This document shows positions 47,782-57,465 of a stretch of 59,835 nt of DNA, piece by piece (position 1 is the stretch's first letter; each line of letters begins with the position of its first letter). The stretch is from Pseudomonadota bacterium (GTDB taxonomy: Bacteria > Desulfobacterota > Desulfarculia > Adiutricales > JAGVGV01): positions 1-59,835 of the forward strand of contig JAHJTB010000365.1 in NCBI GenBank assembly GCA_018830135.1, written 5' to 3'. The notes below the pieces were generated by a model. It was given only the letters and a program-made list of their open reading frames with translations. It had not been told where the DNA came from and searched no databases. Made by a program: the position numbers and the translations under genes.

Positions 47782-49110
47782 ATGAACGACCCGAACCCCG
47801 CCCTGGATTTCGACGACTACTTTCCCGCCCTGGATTCGGCCCGGGTCCTGTCCCTGGAGGGCCGGGTGGTCAAGGTGGTCGGACTGGTCATCGAAGGAGA
47901 CGGTCCGGCGGCCTCGGTGGGCGAGTTGTGCGCCATTCAGCCCAAAGCGGACGGGCCGGCGATCGAGGCCGAAGTGGTCGGGTTCCGGGAAGGCCGCATC
48001 CTGCTGATGCCCGTGGGCAGCATGCGGGGGCTGACGCCGGGCAGCCGCATCATCTCCCTGGGGACTACGGCCACGGTTAGGATCGGTCCCGGCCTGCTGG
48101 GCCGGGTCCTGGACGGTCTGGGCAACCCCATCGACCGGAAAGGCTCTTTCGAGGTGGAAGGCCGCTATCCGTTGCAGGCCCGTCCGGGCAACCCCCTCGA
48201 ACGGGCGCGGATCGCCAAACCCGTCGATCTGGGCATCCGGGCCATCAACGCCCTCCTGACCATGGGCCAGGGCCAGCGGATGGGCATCTTCGCCGGATCG
48301 GGCGTGGGCAAGAGCACCCTGCTGGGAATGATCGCCCGTAACATGCGCGCCGACGTCAATGTCATCGCCCTGATCGGCGAACGTGGCCGGGAGGTTCGCG
48401 AGTTCATCGAAAAGGACCTCGGCCCGAAGGGCATGCAACACTCGGTCGTCATCGCGGCCACCTCCGAACAGCCGGCCCTGGTTCGCATCCGGGGGGCCTA
48501 TCTGGCCACGACCGTGGCCGAATACTTTCGAGATCAGGGCAAAAACGTCATTTTGATGATGGATTCGGCCACCCGGTTCGCCTATGCCGCCAGGGAAGTC
48601 GGACTGTCCATCGGAGAACCGGCCACGACCCGAGGATACACGCCCTCCGTTTTTTCACAGCTCCCCCTCCTGCTCGAACGGGCCGGCGCCTGGCGGAACG
48701 GCGGCTCCATTACGGGACTTTACACCGTCCTGGTCGAGGGCGACGACATGAACGAGCCCGTGGCCGACGCCATGCGGGCCATCCTGGACGGTCATATCGT
48801 TCTGAGGCGTGAACTGGCGGCCAGAAACCACTATCCGGCCATCGACGTGCTCTCCTCGGTCAGCCGCCTCATGATCGACGTGGTCGACGCCAAACAGCTG
48901 AAGCTGGCCCGGGCCATGACCGACATCATGTCCGTCTATGCCCGGTCCGAAGACATGATCAACATCGGCGCCTATGTCAAGGGCTCCAACCCCGACATCG
49001 ACAGGGCCATCGACATGCACCCCCACTTCGAGGGGTTCCTGAAACAGGACCTCCATGAATCCATAACCCTGTCCGAGGCCCGCGAGGCGCTGGCCCGCAC
49101 GTTGAACTGA
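47782..49110 (+). CDS. fliI: Flagellar export ATPase FliI
   Basis: GSGVGKST, GERGRE, MMDSATR, ILDGH, IGAY. Confidence 0.97.
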   Translation: MNDPNPALDFDDYFPALDSARVLSLEGRVVKVVGLVIEGDGPAASVGELCAIQPKADGPAIEAEVVGFREGRILLMPVGSMRGLTPGSRIISLGTTATVRIGPGLLGRVLDGLGNPIDRKGSFEVEGRYPLQARPGNPLERARIAKPVDLGIRAINALLTMGQGQRMGIFAGSGVGKSTLLGMIARNMRADVNVIALIGERGREVREFIEKDLGPKGMQHSVVIAATSEQPALVRIRGAYLATTVAEYFRDQGKNVILMMDSATRFAYAAREVGLSIGEPATTRGYTPSVFSQLPLLLERAGAWRNGGSITGLYTVLVEGDDMNEPVADAMRAILDGHIVLRRELAARNHYPAIDVLSSVSRLMIDVVDAKQLKLARAMTDIMSVYARSEDMINIGAYVKGSNPDIDRAIDMHPHFEGFLKQDLHESITLSEAREALARTLN

Positions 49111-49112
49111 CC

Positions 49113-49559
49113 ATGTTCCGCTTCCGACTGGAATTCATGATCCGCTACCGAAGGCAACTGGAGGAGACCGCCATGTTCGAACTGGCCAACCGCATTCGTC
49201 AGGCCAATGAGATCGAAGACCAGCTCGAACAAATACGACGCCGGTCCGCCGAACTGAGCCGCGACGTCCGGGAACGGGCCGCGGACCGGCTGCCCGCTCC
49301 CGTCCTGGCCATGTACCGGGACTACCAGGAACATCTTCGGCAGAGCGGTCATGCCGCCAGGGGCCGGTTGACCCGCGTCGAGGCCCAGATCGAGGAAAAA
49401 CGCCAGGCATTGATCCAGGCCAGCGTGGACCGGAAAACCATCGAACGATTCAAGGAAAAGCAGCACCAGGCCTGGAGCGTGGACGAGGCCAGAAAAGAAC
49501 AGAACATCCTGGATGAAATGGTCACCCTGGCCGAGGCGAGGAAAGAGCATGAGTCCTGA
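49113..49559 (+). CDS. fliJ: Flagellar export chaperone FliJ
   Basis: FRFRLE start, coiled coil, EQ..LDE near the C-terminus. Confidence 0.9.
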   Translation: MFRFRLEFMIRYRRQLEETAMFELANRIRQANEIEDQLEQIRRRSAELSRDVRERAADRLPAPVLAMYRDYQEHLRQSGHAARGRLTRVEAQIEEKRQALIQASVDRKTIERFKEKQHQAWSVDEARKEQNILDEMVTLAEARKEHES

Positions 49560-50256
49560 GGCCAAATCCGGACGAATGAAAAAAACCTGGCTGAATCTCG
49601 AAGCGGTCATCATCATCGGCTTGAGCCTCAAGCTCGTCCTGACCGGCGCCTTCCTCGTCCTGGACGGCGGACAAGGACGGCTTTTTCAGCCTCGACTGGC
49701 CCACGCCCAGGAACAGCCCGCAGCGCCCCCTCAGGCCGCCCCCGCCGCCTCGGACGCCGGCATGACCGAGCAGTACCGGCAGATGCTCGAAGCCCTCAAG
49801 CTCCGGGAACAGGCCATGAAAAAAAAGGACGAACGACTCGATGAACGCGAAAAGGCCCTCGCCGCCCTCGAAACCGAACTCAAAAAGAAAATGGCCGAAC
49901 TGGACGAGACCCGCAAGCAACTCAACGAACTCGTGAAAAAGAACGCGGAACTGGTCCAGGAACAGCAGATTCTGAAAAACGCCCGCATCGAACATCTCGT
50001 CTCGGCCTACAAAAGCATGCGGCCCGAAAGCGCCGGCGCCCTGGTCAACAGCCTCGACGATAACGTCGCCGTGCAAATTCTGGCGGCCATGCCCGGACGA
50101 AGCGCGGGGCAGATTCTGGCCAACGTCGAACCCGTCAAGGCGGCCCGCCTGACCAAGGCCATCTCCATCATGAAAAGCGGCCAGCCGGGCAAGGATGAAA
50201 AAGCGCCGGCCGGAGATGGGGCGGCTCAACCGGCCAAGGCAGCGACCAATCCTTGA
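49549..50256 (+). CDS. MotE/FlbB/YlxF-like flagellar protein (coiled coil plus MgtE-N-like domain)
   Basis: N-terminal hydrophobic helix, coiled coil, YKSMRPESAG...IL.AMP.R.AGQILA. Confidence 0.82.
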   Translation: MSPEAKSGRMKKTWLNLEAVIIIGLSLKLVLTGAFLVLDGGQGRLFQPRLAHAQEQPAAPPQAAPAASDAGMTEQYRQMLEALKLREQAMKKKDERLDEREKALAALETELKKKMAELDETRKQLNELVKKNAELVQEQQILKNARIEHLVSAYKSMRPESAGALVNSLDDNVAVQILAAMPGRSAGQILANVEPVKAARLTKAISIMKSGQPGKDEKAPAGDGAAQPAKAATNP

Positions 50257-50462
50257 TTGAGACCCTGGCGGGGCCGTTTCGGAGAGCGCTTTAGAAAAGT
50301 TAAACTTTATTTTAAGAATTTGACACCCGCATTGAATTTTATTCCCATTCCCCTGAATAAAACTCGGTAAAACATGCCGATCTCCAGCCGCCCGGCCGGC
50401 CCTTTCAGGGGTTCTGTCTTGTAACTTCCTGTAAAATCAATTAAAAGTCATTTCCATCATTC

Positions 50463-50478
50463 TGGCACGACAGTTGCT
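50463..50478 (+). promoter_or_regulatory. sigma54 promoter of fliK-flgD-flgE
   Basis: TGGCAC-GACAG-TTGCT preceded by an AT-rich tract. Confidence 0.88.
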
Positions 50479-50522
50479 CCTATCACCCCCGACAACAAGT
50501 TACCCAAAGGCGAGGATCGAAA

Positions 50523-52208
50523 TTGCAGCCAGGAACGATCACATCATCACCGCGAGCCAACCTGGCCGATCTATTTCTGGACCATGCCAGTGACGCCAGG
50601 ACGTCGCTGGTTTCGGAACTGGGTCGGCCGCGGATGGATGAAGCCTTCAATCAGATTCTGGACAACAGTTTTCGCCGGATGAACACTCAGGACGCCGAAC
50701 CGCGCCAAGCGGTCCTGGAAACGCCCGACACGCCGATTGAGCGAAGCGCCGAACCCGATTCGTCGCGGTCCGAGAAGCCGGATGAGAAGCCTCGGACAAC
50801 CCGACCGCGCCGGCGGGAGCCTCAAGCGGATCGCACGACGGCCTTGGAGTCTTTCAAGTCCGAGGTCGAGAGCATGGGCGTGCCGTTGAAATCACTGAGC
50901 CTGGAAAAGGCCGACCTCAAAGATTTAGGTGATATTCTTGAAAAAAGCGGTCTGGACCCGGAACAGGTCGGGGCGATCATCGCCCGCTTGCAGGCCGGTC
51001 CCTTAACCATGGATCGAGTCATGGCGGTTCTGGCCACGGCGGAAAAGCAGATCGCGTCCAAGTCCGGACTCAGCCTGGGATCGACGAGTATTCAGTATCT
51101 GGGCCTGTTTCTCCAGGACCTGGGGCTGGAAGCCCAGACGATCAAGGAGATGCTTTCGGGCCTGGAGGCGGGTCAGAAAATGGGGGCCAATGAATTCCGG
51201 AGCCTCCTGCTCAAGCACGGTTCAAAGAACCTCAAAGGTCTCGATCTGTCCGGGGTGGACCTGGGGAACGCCAAGGACCTGTTGACCTCGATGGGGGCCA
51301 AGCCGAGCCAGATAGAGCAATTGACGAGCATGATCTCGCAGACCGGCGGGCGGCTGTCCGCGGAAGGCTTCCTGGCTTTTCTCGAATCGATCGAACGACC
51401 CGAACTCCTCCAGTCCGATCAATTGGCCCAGGTCGAGCACCTCGTTCAGAAGATGAAGCTGTCTCAGGGACTGCGGGTCCGGCCCTATTTCAACAAGATC
51501 GTCAGCCTGCTGGAAAGCATGGGCGATCAGGAGGTCGACCGGGAGTTTCTCTCGGGCAATCCGGCCATCCAGATGCTGAGGGGCGGAGCGGTTTCGGCCC
51601 GTTCGGTGGCTCCGGAGGCCGGTTTGGCGGGTCAGAACTTTTCGAACACGTCCGGCGGCCAGGGCCAGGGCTTGTTCCAGGGTCAGACCCAGACCCCGCT
51701 CCAGGGGCAGGCGGACGGGACGGGCATTTCGGCCCGGGCCGATGCCGCGGGGGCCGCCGCCCGGACGGCCACGACCGGGCTTCCTTCGAACCTGTCCGAA
51801 TCGGTCGTCCGTCAAATCTCCGAGAAGATGGTTCTCATGGCCCGGAACGGCCAGCATCAGGTTCGCTTGAACCTCAATCCGCCGGAACTGGGCCGGGTCA
51901 ACATCCGCATGGTCCTGGAAGGCAGCATCGTCCGGGCCTCGATCATGACCGAGACGGCCATGGCCAAAGGCGCCGTCGAGGAGCAGGTGGCGCAGCTCAG
52001 GGACAATCTGGCCCAGTACGGGCTCCAGCTTGAACGGTTCGACGTGATGTCGGAACGGGGTCAGGCCCAGTCGGATTTGTGGGGACGGGAGCGCCGGTTC
52101 TCCGAGCGGGGCGGGAAGCACGGCCGCTTGACGGAATCCGATGCAGACCTCGATCCCCTGGATTACCAGGTTCGCCGGGAGGCCGGCCGACTCGATTTGA
52201 TGGCCTGA
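50523..52208 (+). CDS. fliK: Flagellar hook-length control protein FliK
   Basis: C-terminal LNLNPPELGRVNI...LRDNL.QYGL; directly upstream of flgD; TTG start uncertain. Confidence 0.88.
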   Translation: MQPGTITSSPRANLADLFLDHASDARTSLVSELGRPRMDEAFNQILDNSFRRMNTQDAEPRQAVLETPDTPIERSAEPDSSRSEKPDEKPRTTRPRRREPQADRTTALESFKSEVESMGVPLKSLSLEKADLKDLGDILEKSGLDPEQVGAIIARLQAGPLTMDRVMAVLATAEKQIASKSGLSLGSTSIQYLGLFLQDLGLEAQTIKEMLSGLEAGQKMGANEFRSLLLKHGSKNLKGLDLSGVDLGNAKDLLTSMGAKPSQIEQLTSMISQTGGRLSAEGFLAFLESIERPELLQSDQLAQVEHLVQKMKLSQGLRVRPYFNKIVSLLESMGDQEVDREFLSGNPAIQMLRGGAVSARSVAPEAGLAGQNFSNTSGGQGQGLFQGQTQTPLQGQADGTGISARADAAGAAARTATTGLPSNLSESVVRQISEKMVLMARNGQHQVRLNLNPPELGRVNIRMVLEGSIVRASIMTETAMAKGAVEEQVAQLRDNLAQYGLQLERFDVMSERGQAQSDLWGRERRFSERGGKHGRLTESDADLDPLDYQVRREAGRLDLMA

Positions 52209-52235
52209 GGGCCGTGTTTCAATCAGGAGGATGAC

Positions 52236-52946
52236 ATGTCCGTGATCTCGCAAACGTCCATCATTGAAAACCTCACGTCCTCGCAGACCGCCAGCGGGAC
52301 CAAGGCGACCTCGGGCTCGGACGCAATGGGCAAGGAAGCGTTTTTAAAGCTTCTGGTGACCCAGCTTCAAAACCAGGACCCCCTCAATCCGATGGAGGGC
52401 GTCGAGTTCACCTCGCAACTGGCCCAGTTTACGTCCCTCGAGCAGTTGTACAACTTAAATTCGAGCTTCGGCTCCGTGAGCAAGGCCATCGAGTCCCAGA
52501 ACAATTTCAAGACGCTGGAACTGGTCGGCAAGGAGGTTTCGGCCGTGGGTGACGGTCTGAGCGTCAAGTCGGGCGAGTCGACCGGCGGCTATTTCCATCT
52601 GGACGAAGCGGCGGCTTCGGTCGTGATCAGCGTGTATGATGAAACCGGGACCCGCATCCGGACCATCGACCTGGGGCCCATGGAGGCCGGCCAGCACGAG
52701 GTGGAATGGGACGCCAAGAACTACACGGGGCAGACCGCGTCCGACGGGGACTACAGCTTCGCCGTTACGGCCACGGGGGCGGATGACCAAAGCCTGAGCG
52801 TCTCGACGTGGATTCAGGGCGTGGTGACCAGCCTGAGTTTCGACTCTACCGGGTATCCGATCCTGAAAGTCAACGGCCTGAACATCGATCCGGCCAACGT
52901 ATTCGAAATCACCATCCCGGAAGAATCCGAGGGTGAGTCCGTTTAA
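52236..52946 (+). CDS. flgD: Flagellar hook capping protein FlgD
   Basis: FLKLLVTQLQNQDPLNPM...QLAQF. Confidence 0.96.
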   Translation: MSVISQTSIIENLTSSQTASGTKATSGSDAMGKEAFLKLLVTQLQNQDPLNPMEGVEFTSQLAQFTSLEQLYNLNSSFGSVSKAIESQNNFKTLELVGKEVSAVGDGLSVKSGESTGGYFHLDEAAASVVISVYDETGTRIRTIDLGPMEAGQHEVEWDAKNYTGQTASDGDYSFAVTATGADDQSLSVSTWIQGVVTSLSFDSTGYPILKVNGLNIDPANVFEITIPEESEGESV

Positions 52947-52978
52947 CAGCGGTTCTCTGAAACAAGGAGGTTTGGAGA

Positions 52979-54733
52979 ATGGGCATTTCAACCGCCATGT
53001 ATACAGGCATAACCGGCCTGTCGGCCATGGGCACGGCCATGTCGGTCATCGGCAACAACATCGCCAACGTGAACACGTTGGGTTTCAAGGCCTCCCGGTC
53101 CAACTTCCAGGACCTCCTCAGCCAGACTTCCCACACGGCCTCGGGCAAGGACCAGATCGGCCGGGGCGTGCAGTTGGGCGCGGTGACCCAGGTCTTCAGC
53201 CAGGGTTCGTATCAGAACTCGGCCCAGGACACGGATGTGGCCATCAGCGGGGAAGGCTTTTTCGTGGTCCGCGATCCGCTGACCCAGGAGGAGTATTACA
53301 CCCGGGCCGGCAATTTCATTTTTGATTCCGCCGGCCGCCTGCAGAGTCCGTCCGGATACGTTCTCCAGGGCTGGGAACTGGACGCCCAGGGCAACCGGGT
53401 CGGCACGCCTTCAGACGTACGGATGATGGCTTTCAACGCCGATCCCCGGGCCACGACCCAGGTCCAGTACATCAGCAACCTGGACTCGACCGCGGAATCG
53501 CAGACGGCGGGCCGCCTGTCCACGGCCTGGGACGGGACCCGGGACCAGCCTATTTACGGAGACTCCTACAGCTATCAGACCTCGGTCCGGGTATACGACG
53601 CCCTGGGCAACGGCCATGATCTCTCGGTCTATTTCGATCCGGACGACGGAAGCGGCTCTGACAACGTCTGGGACTACGCGGTCTGCTGCGATCCGTCCGA
53701 TGACCTGCGGACCGACAACGGCACGATCACGGGCCAGGAATTCGCCAACACCAGCTTCGCCGGCCTGCTCCAGCGCGGGACGATCACCTTTGATCCTCAG
53801 AACGGCAATATCGACGACATCACGGCCGAATACATCTCGGACCTCGACTACGCCATCAACGCGGCGACCTACGGGACCTGGACGGGCACCAGCGCGGTGA
53901 CCTCGGGTGGCGCCTTCACCGGGACCGGGGACAAGACCTGGCAGATCGAAATCAACGGGGCGGGGACCGTCGGGGCCGGCGCCTCCACTTTCCGATGGAG
54001 CGACGACGGCGGGACGAACTGGACCACGGAGAACATCGGAGCGGGTTACGCGGCCGGAACGGACATCACCCTGTCCGACGGCGTGACGGTGAACTTCGGG
54101 GCCGGAACGGTGGTTCTGGCCGACGACTGCAGCGTGGACCTGGCTTCGCCCACGGCGACTTGGACCGCCCAGGCCGTGGACGCGACCACGGGGCATTTCA
54201 ACCTGACCGCGGCCTTCCAGGTGGACCCGGCCACGGGCAATCAGATCGACCAGAGCATGGACATCGATTTCGGCTCCAAATACGGCAACGGAACCTGGAC
54301 CGCCGACAACCTGACCACGACCCAGTACGCCGCGGCCTCGACCACGCTTTTCCAGACCCAGGACGGCTTTGCCTCCGGCTACCTCCAGCGCATCTCGGTA
54401 GACGCCGACGGCGTCCTGGTCGGCACGTATTCCAACGGCCAGAACCAGTCCCTGTTCCAGATCGGACTGGCCATATTCCGCAACCAGTGGGGCCTGCGAA
54501 AGATCGGGGCCAACATGTACATGGAAAGCCGCCTCTCGGGCGAGGCGACCGTCAATCCGCCGGGCGCAGGCGGGACCGGCATCATCGCCCCCAACTCCCT
54601 GGAACAGTCCAACGTGGACCTGGCCGACGAATTCGTGGACATGATCGTCCAGCAGCGCGGCTTTCAGGCCAACTCCAAAATCATCACCACCACGGACTCC
54701 ATGCTGTCCGAGCTGATCCAGATGAAGCGTTAA
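52979..54733 (+). CDS. flgE: Flagellar hook protein FlgE (long form)
   Basis: IGNNIANVNTLGFK, YTRAGNF, VYDALG, LEQSNVDLA.EFV; 584 aa. Confidence 0.95.
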   Translation: MGISTAMYTGITGLSAMGTAMSVIGNNIANVNTLGFKASRSNFQDLLSQTSHTASGKDQIGRGVQLGAVTQVFSQGSYQNSAQDTDVAISGEGFFVVRDPLTQEEYYTRAGNFIFDSAGRLQSPSGYVLQGWELDAQGNRVGTPSDVRMMAFNADPRATTQVQYISNLDSTAESQTAGRLSTAWDGTRDQPIYGDSYSYQTSVRVYDALGNGHDLSVYFDPDDGSGSDNVWDYAVCCDPSDDLRTDNGTITGQEFANTSFAGLLQRGTITFDPQNGNIDDITAEYISDLDYAINAATYGTWTGTSAVTSGGAFTGTGDKTWQIEINGAGTVGAGASTFRWSDDGGTNWTTENIGAGYAAGTDITLSDGVTVNFGAGTVVLADDCSVDLASPTATWTAQAVDATTGHFNLTAAFQVDPATGNQIDQSMDIDFGSKYGNGTWTADNLTTTQYAAASTTLFQTQDGFASGYLQRISVDADGVLVGTYSNGQNQSLFQIGLAIFRNQWGLRKIGANMYMESRLSGEATVNPPGAGGTGIIAPNSLEQSNVDLADEFVDMIVQQRGFQANSKIITTTDSMLSELIQMKR

Positions 54734-54752
54734 GCGTTCGCCTATCCATCCG

Positions 54753-54778
54753 CGAGGGCCCCCCTTTGGGGGCCCTCG
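54753..54778 (+). terminator. GC-rich hairpin after flgE (terminator or mRNA-stabilising stem)
   Basis: CGAGGGCCCCC-CTTT-GGGGGCCCTCG, 11-bp perfect stem, weak U tract. Confidence 0.55.
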
Positions 54779-54824
54779 ATCCGTTTCGCCCCCTTGCGCT
54801 CCGCTCCGGATTCCCGTTTTTTAT

Positions 54825-54838
54825 GTCAATGAATTGAC
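54825..54838. promoter_or_regulatory. Candidate FleQ/FlrA-type enhancer
   Basis: Palindrome GTCAATGAATTGAC about 190 bp upstream of the motA sigma54 promoter. Confidence 0.55.
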
Positions 54839-55025
54839 TTAGCCGCGTGAACCCTTGACGCCCCGGTCGATTCGGCCCGCCTGGCGGCCTTGCCGCGCCC
54901 CGTCGGGGCCTTTTGCGTCCTACGCCTCTTAATTACTGAAAAACCTATAAAACAGGGTCCCCGGTCCCACTTGACATTAATTAGGGGTTGGTCATATTCT
55001 TTTAAAGTAGCCGTCTAGGTTTACA

Positions 55026-55041
55026 TGGCACAGGCCTTGCT
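55026..55041 (+). promoter_or_regulatory. sigma54 promoter of the motA-motB-motB-fliL-fliM-fliN-fliO operon
   Basis: TGGCAC-AGGCC-TTGCT. Confidence 0.88.
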
Positions 55042-55079
55042 TTGCATCGGTCCAGATTCTTTTCGCCAAGGGGACGAGT

Positions 55080-55844
55080 ATGGATATCGCGACCTTCATC
55101 GGCATCATCGCATCCTTCATGCTCCTGATCATTGCGATCATGATGGGAAGCAGCCTTCTGGTCTTCATTGACATACCCTCCGCCCTTATCGTCGTCGGCG
55201 GGACCATCTGCGCGACGATGATCAACTACCCCCTCAAGGACGTCATCCGGACGGTCAATGTGGTCAAGAACGCCTTTTTCGCGAAAAGTCTGACTTTTGG
55301 CGAGATCATCGCCAACTTCGTCAATTTCGCCAACAAGGCCCGCAAGGAGGGCATTTTGGCCCTGGAATCCAGCCTGCCGGAGATTTCCGACGAATTTCTG
55401 AAAAAGGGGCTCCAGTTGACCATCGACGGCCTGGAACCCCAGGCCATCAACGAGATCATGGAGACGGAGATCGCTTTTATCGAGGACCGGCACCGGCTGG
55501 GAGCGGAGTTGTTCCAGACCATGGGCACCTTCGCCCCGGCCTTCGGCATGATCGGCACTCTGATCGGGCTGGTTCAGATGCTCCAGTCCATGGACGACCC
55601 GGGCTCGATCGGCCCGGCCATGGCCGTGGCCCTGATCACGACTTTTTACGGCGCGGTTATGGCCAACGTCCTGTTCCTGCCCATTTCGGGCAAACTCAAG
55701 ACCCGGAGCAAGGAGGAGAGCCTGGTCAAGGAGATGATCATCCAGGGGATCATGTCCCTGTCGCGGGGCGACAATCCCCGGATCATCGAGCAGAAGCTCC
55801 ATTCCTTCCTACCGCCGAACCTGAGGGTTTCCGCGTTCAAGTAA
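55080..55844 (+). CDS. motA: Flagellar stator A subunit (MotA/PomA type)
   Basis: ARKEGILALE, APAFGMIGTLIGL, AVALITTFYG. Confidence 0.95.
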   Translation: MDIATFIGIIASFMLLIIAIMMGSSLLVFIDIPSALIVVGGTICATMINYPLKDVIRTVNVVKNAFFAKSLTFGEIIANFVNFANKARKEGILALESSLPEISDEFLKKGLQLTIDGLEPQAINEIMETEIAFIEDRHRLGAELFQTMGTFAPAFGMIGTLIGLVQMLQSMDDPGSIGPAMAVALITTFYGAVMANVLFLPISGKLKTRSKEESLVKEMIIQGIMSLSRGDNPRIIEQKLHSFLPPNLRVSAFK

Positions 55845-55859
55845 GGCAGGTCGTCCCGC

Positions 55860-56657
55860 ATGGCACGCAAAGAGCCGGAAGAAAAGCCGGAATGGGAACT
55901 GAGCAACATCGCCCTGATGATGTTCACCTCCCTGATGATCATTCTGCTGGCTTTTTTCATCATGCTCAACTCGATGGCCGTGGTCGACGAAAAACGGCAG
56001 ATATCGGCTCTCGGCTCCGTGCTGGGGGCCTTCGGCCTGCTGCCCGGCGGCCTGTCGCCCACGCAGGAGGAGGCCGCCAAATCCGTGGCCCCTCCGACCG
56101 GGCCGATGGAACCGGTCAAGACGGACCTCCAGCTCATCCGGGACGTTTTATCCAACCGGGTCGTTTCGGAAAGTTTCAACATCCTGCGCGGGAGGAGCCG
56201 GGAGATCATCAGCCTCCAGGACGCGGTGCTATTTCCGCCGGACGGAGTCGACATCCTGCCCGAGGCCGAGCCGGTGCTCATGGACATCGCCCACATTCTC
56301 CAGGGGTCCGATTACCCGATCACTATCGAGGGACACACTGACGACCGGCCGCCCCGCACGGAAGGCTTCAAGGACAACTGGCACGTCTCGGCCATGCGCG
56401 CGGTGGCCATCCTGCGATTTTTCACGGAAAAGGGCGGCCTGGACCCGAACCGGATGACCGCTTTCGGCTACGCGGGCTTCAGCCCGATCGCGCCCAACAA
56501 TTCGCCGCTGAACCGGGCCAAGAACCGGCGCATCGACCTGGTCCTGGACAATTCCCACCGGCTGCGCGTTCTCAAGCACGAGGAACGCTTTCGGCGGGAT
56601 CGGCGTTTCGAGTTCCGAGGATTCAGCTTCAAGCTTTTCGGCAAGGACGGGGAATGA
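55860..56657 (+). CDS. motB: Flagellar stator B-like subunit 1 (OmpA/MotB domain) lacking the conserved TM aspartate
   Basis: TM MMFTSLMIILLAFF; OmpA domain EGHTDD...NWHVSAMRA...NRRIDL. Confidence 0.85.
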   Translation: MARKEPEEKPEWELSNIALMMFTSLMIILLAFFIMLNSMAVVDEKRQISALGSVLGAFGLLPGGLSPTQEEAAKSVAPPTGPMEPVKTDLQLIRDVLSNRVVSESFNILRGRSREIISLQDAVLFPPDGVDILPEAEPVLMDIAHILQGSDYPITIEGHTDDRPPRTEGFKDNWHVSAMRAVAILRFFTEKGGLDPNRMTAFGYAGFSPIAPNNSPLNRAKNRRIDLVLDNSHRLRVLKHEERFRRDRRFEFRGFSFKLFGKDGE

Positions 56658-56663
56658 TCGATT

Positions 56664-57401
56664 ATGGCCGGCAAGAAAAAAGAGTCCGCCGCGAGCCAGA
56701 TCAACCCCCTGGGATACATGACCACGTTTTCAGACCTGGTCACCCTGCTGATGACCTTTTTCGTGCTGATGATCACCATGTCCTCCATGGACAACAAGGC
56801 CATCAAGGAGGCCTTCGGCCTGTTCACCGGCGGGTCCGGCCCGCTGGCCTTCACCCAGGACGCCAAGCTCCAGGCCCTCAGCCAGATCATCGACCGGAGC
56901 GAAAATATTCCCTCGAAGATGCTGCTCAGCCAGAGCGAGATCAAGGAAACGGTTTTCCAGTTTCAGGATGTCGATTACCAGAAGCTCATGGAACTGGTGG
57001 ACCGGGATATTACGGTCACCATCGACGAGCGCGGCATGGTCATTCAGATGGCGGACTACATCCTGTTCGAGGAAGGCAGCGCCAAGCTGAAGATGGAATA
57101 CCTGCCGATTTTAAACCGGCTGGCGCTCGTGCTCAGGGGCATGCGTTATCCGATCTCCATCGAGGGCCATACCTCGACGGGGGAGATCGAGAATCCCAAG
57201 GACCCGCAGGGCTGGATGCTTTCGCTGGACCGGGCCATCGCCGTGCTCGAGTATTTCACGACGCAGGAGGGTCTGCTCGAGGAAAGTTTCCGGGTGGCCG
57301 GTTACGGGCCGTCCAAGCCGCTCTATCCGAACGACACGGTGGAAAACCAGGCCAGAAACCGCCGGATAGAGATCGTTCTTTACAAACGGCGGATCGGTTA
57401 G
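56664..57401 (+). CDS. motB: Flagellar stator B subunit 2 (MotB/PomB type)
   Basis: TM YMTTFSDLVTLLMTFFVL with the conserved Asp; OmpA domain EGHTST...LSLDRA...NRRIEI. Confidence 0.9.
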   Translation: MAGKKKESAASQINPLGYMTTFSDLVTLLMTFFVLMITMSSMDNKAIKEAFGLFTGGSGPLAFTQDAKLQALSQIIDRSENIPSKMLLSQSEIKETVFQFQDVDYQKLMELVDRDITVTIDERGMVIQMADYILFEEGSAKLKMEYLPILNRLALVLRGMRYPISIEGHTSTGEIENPKDPQGWMLSLDRAIAVLEYFTTQEGLLEESFRVAGYGPSKPLYPNDTVENQARNRRIEIVLYKRRIG

Positions 57402-57465
57402 GCGGGAAGGCGCCTCGGATGAAGACTCGGAAATAAAAGGAACAGAAGACGGGAGCAAACGCGGT

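Noticed and set aside
53420-53490. Spirochete-type lysinoalanine cross-link site in FlgE (YISNLD has Ser before Asn)
   Set aside because: The Lys expected about 13 residues upstream is Asn here, and SNL-like motifs also occur in hooks not known to be cross-linked.
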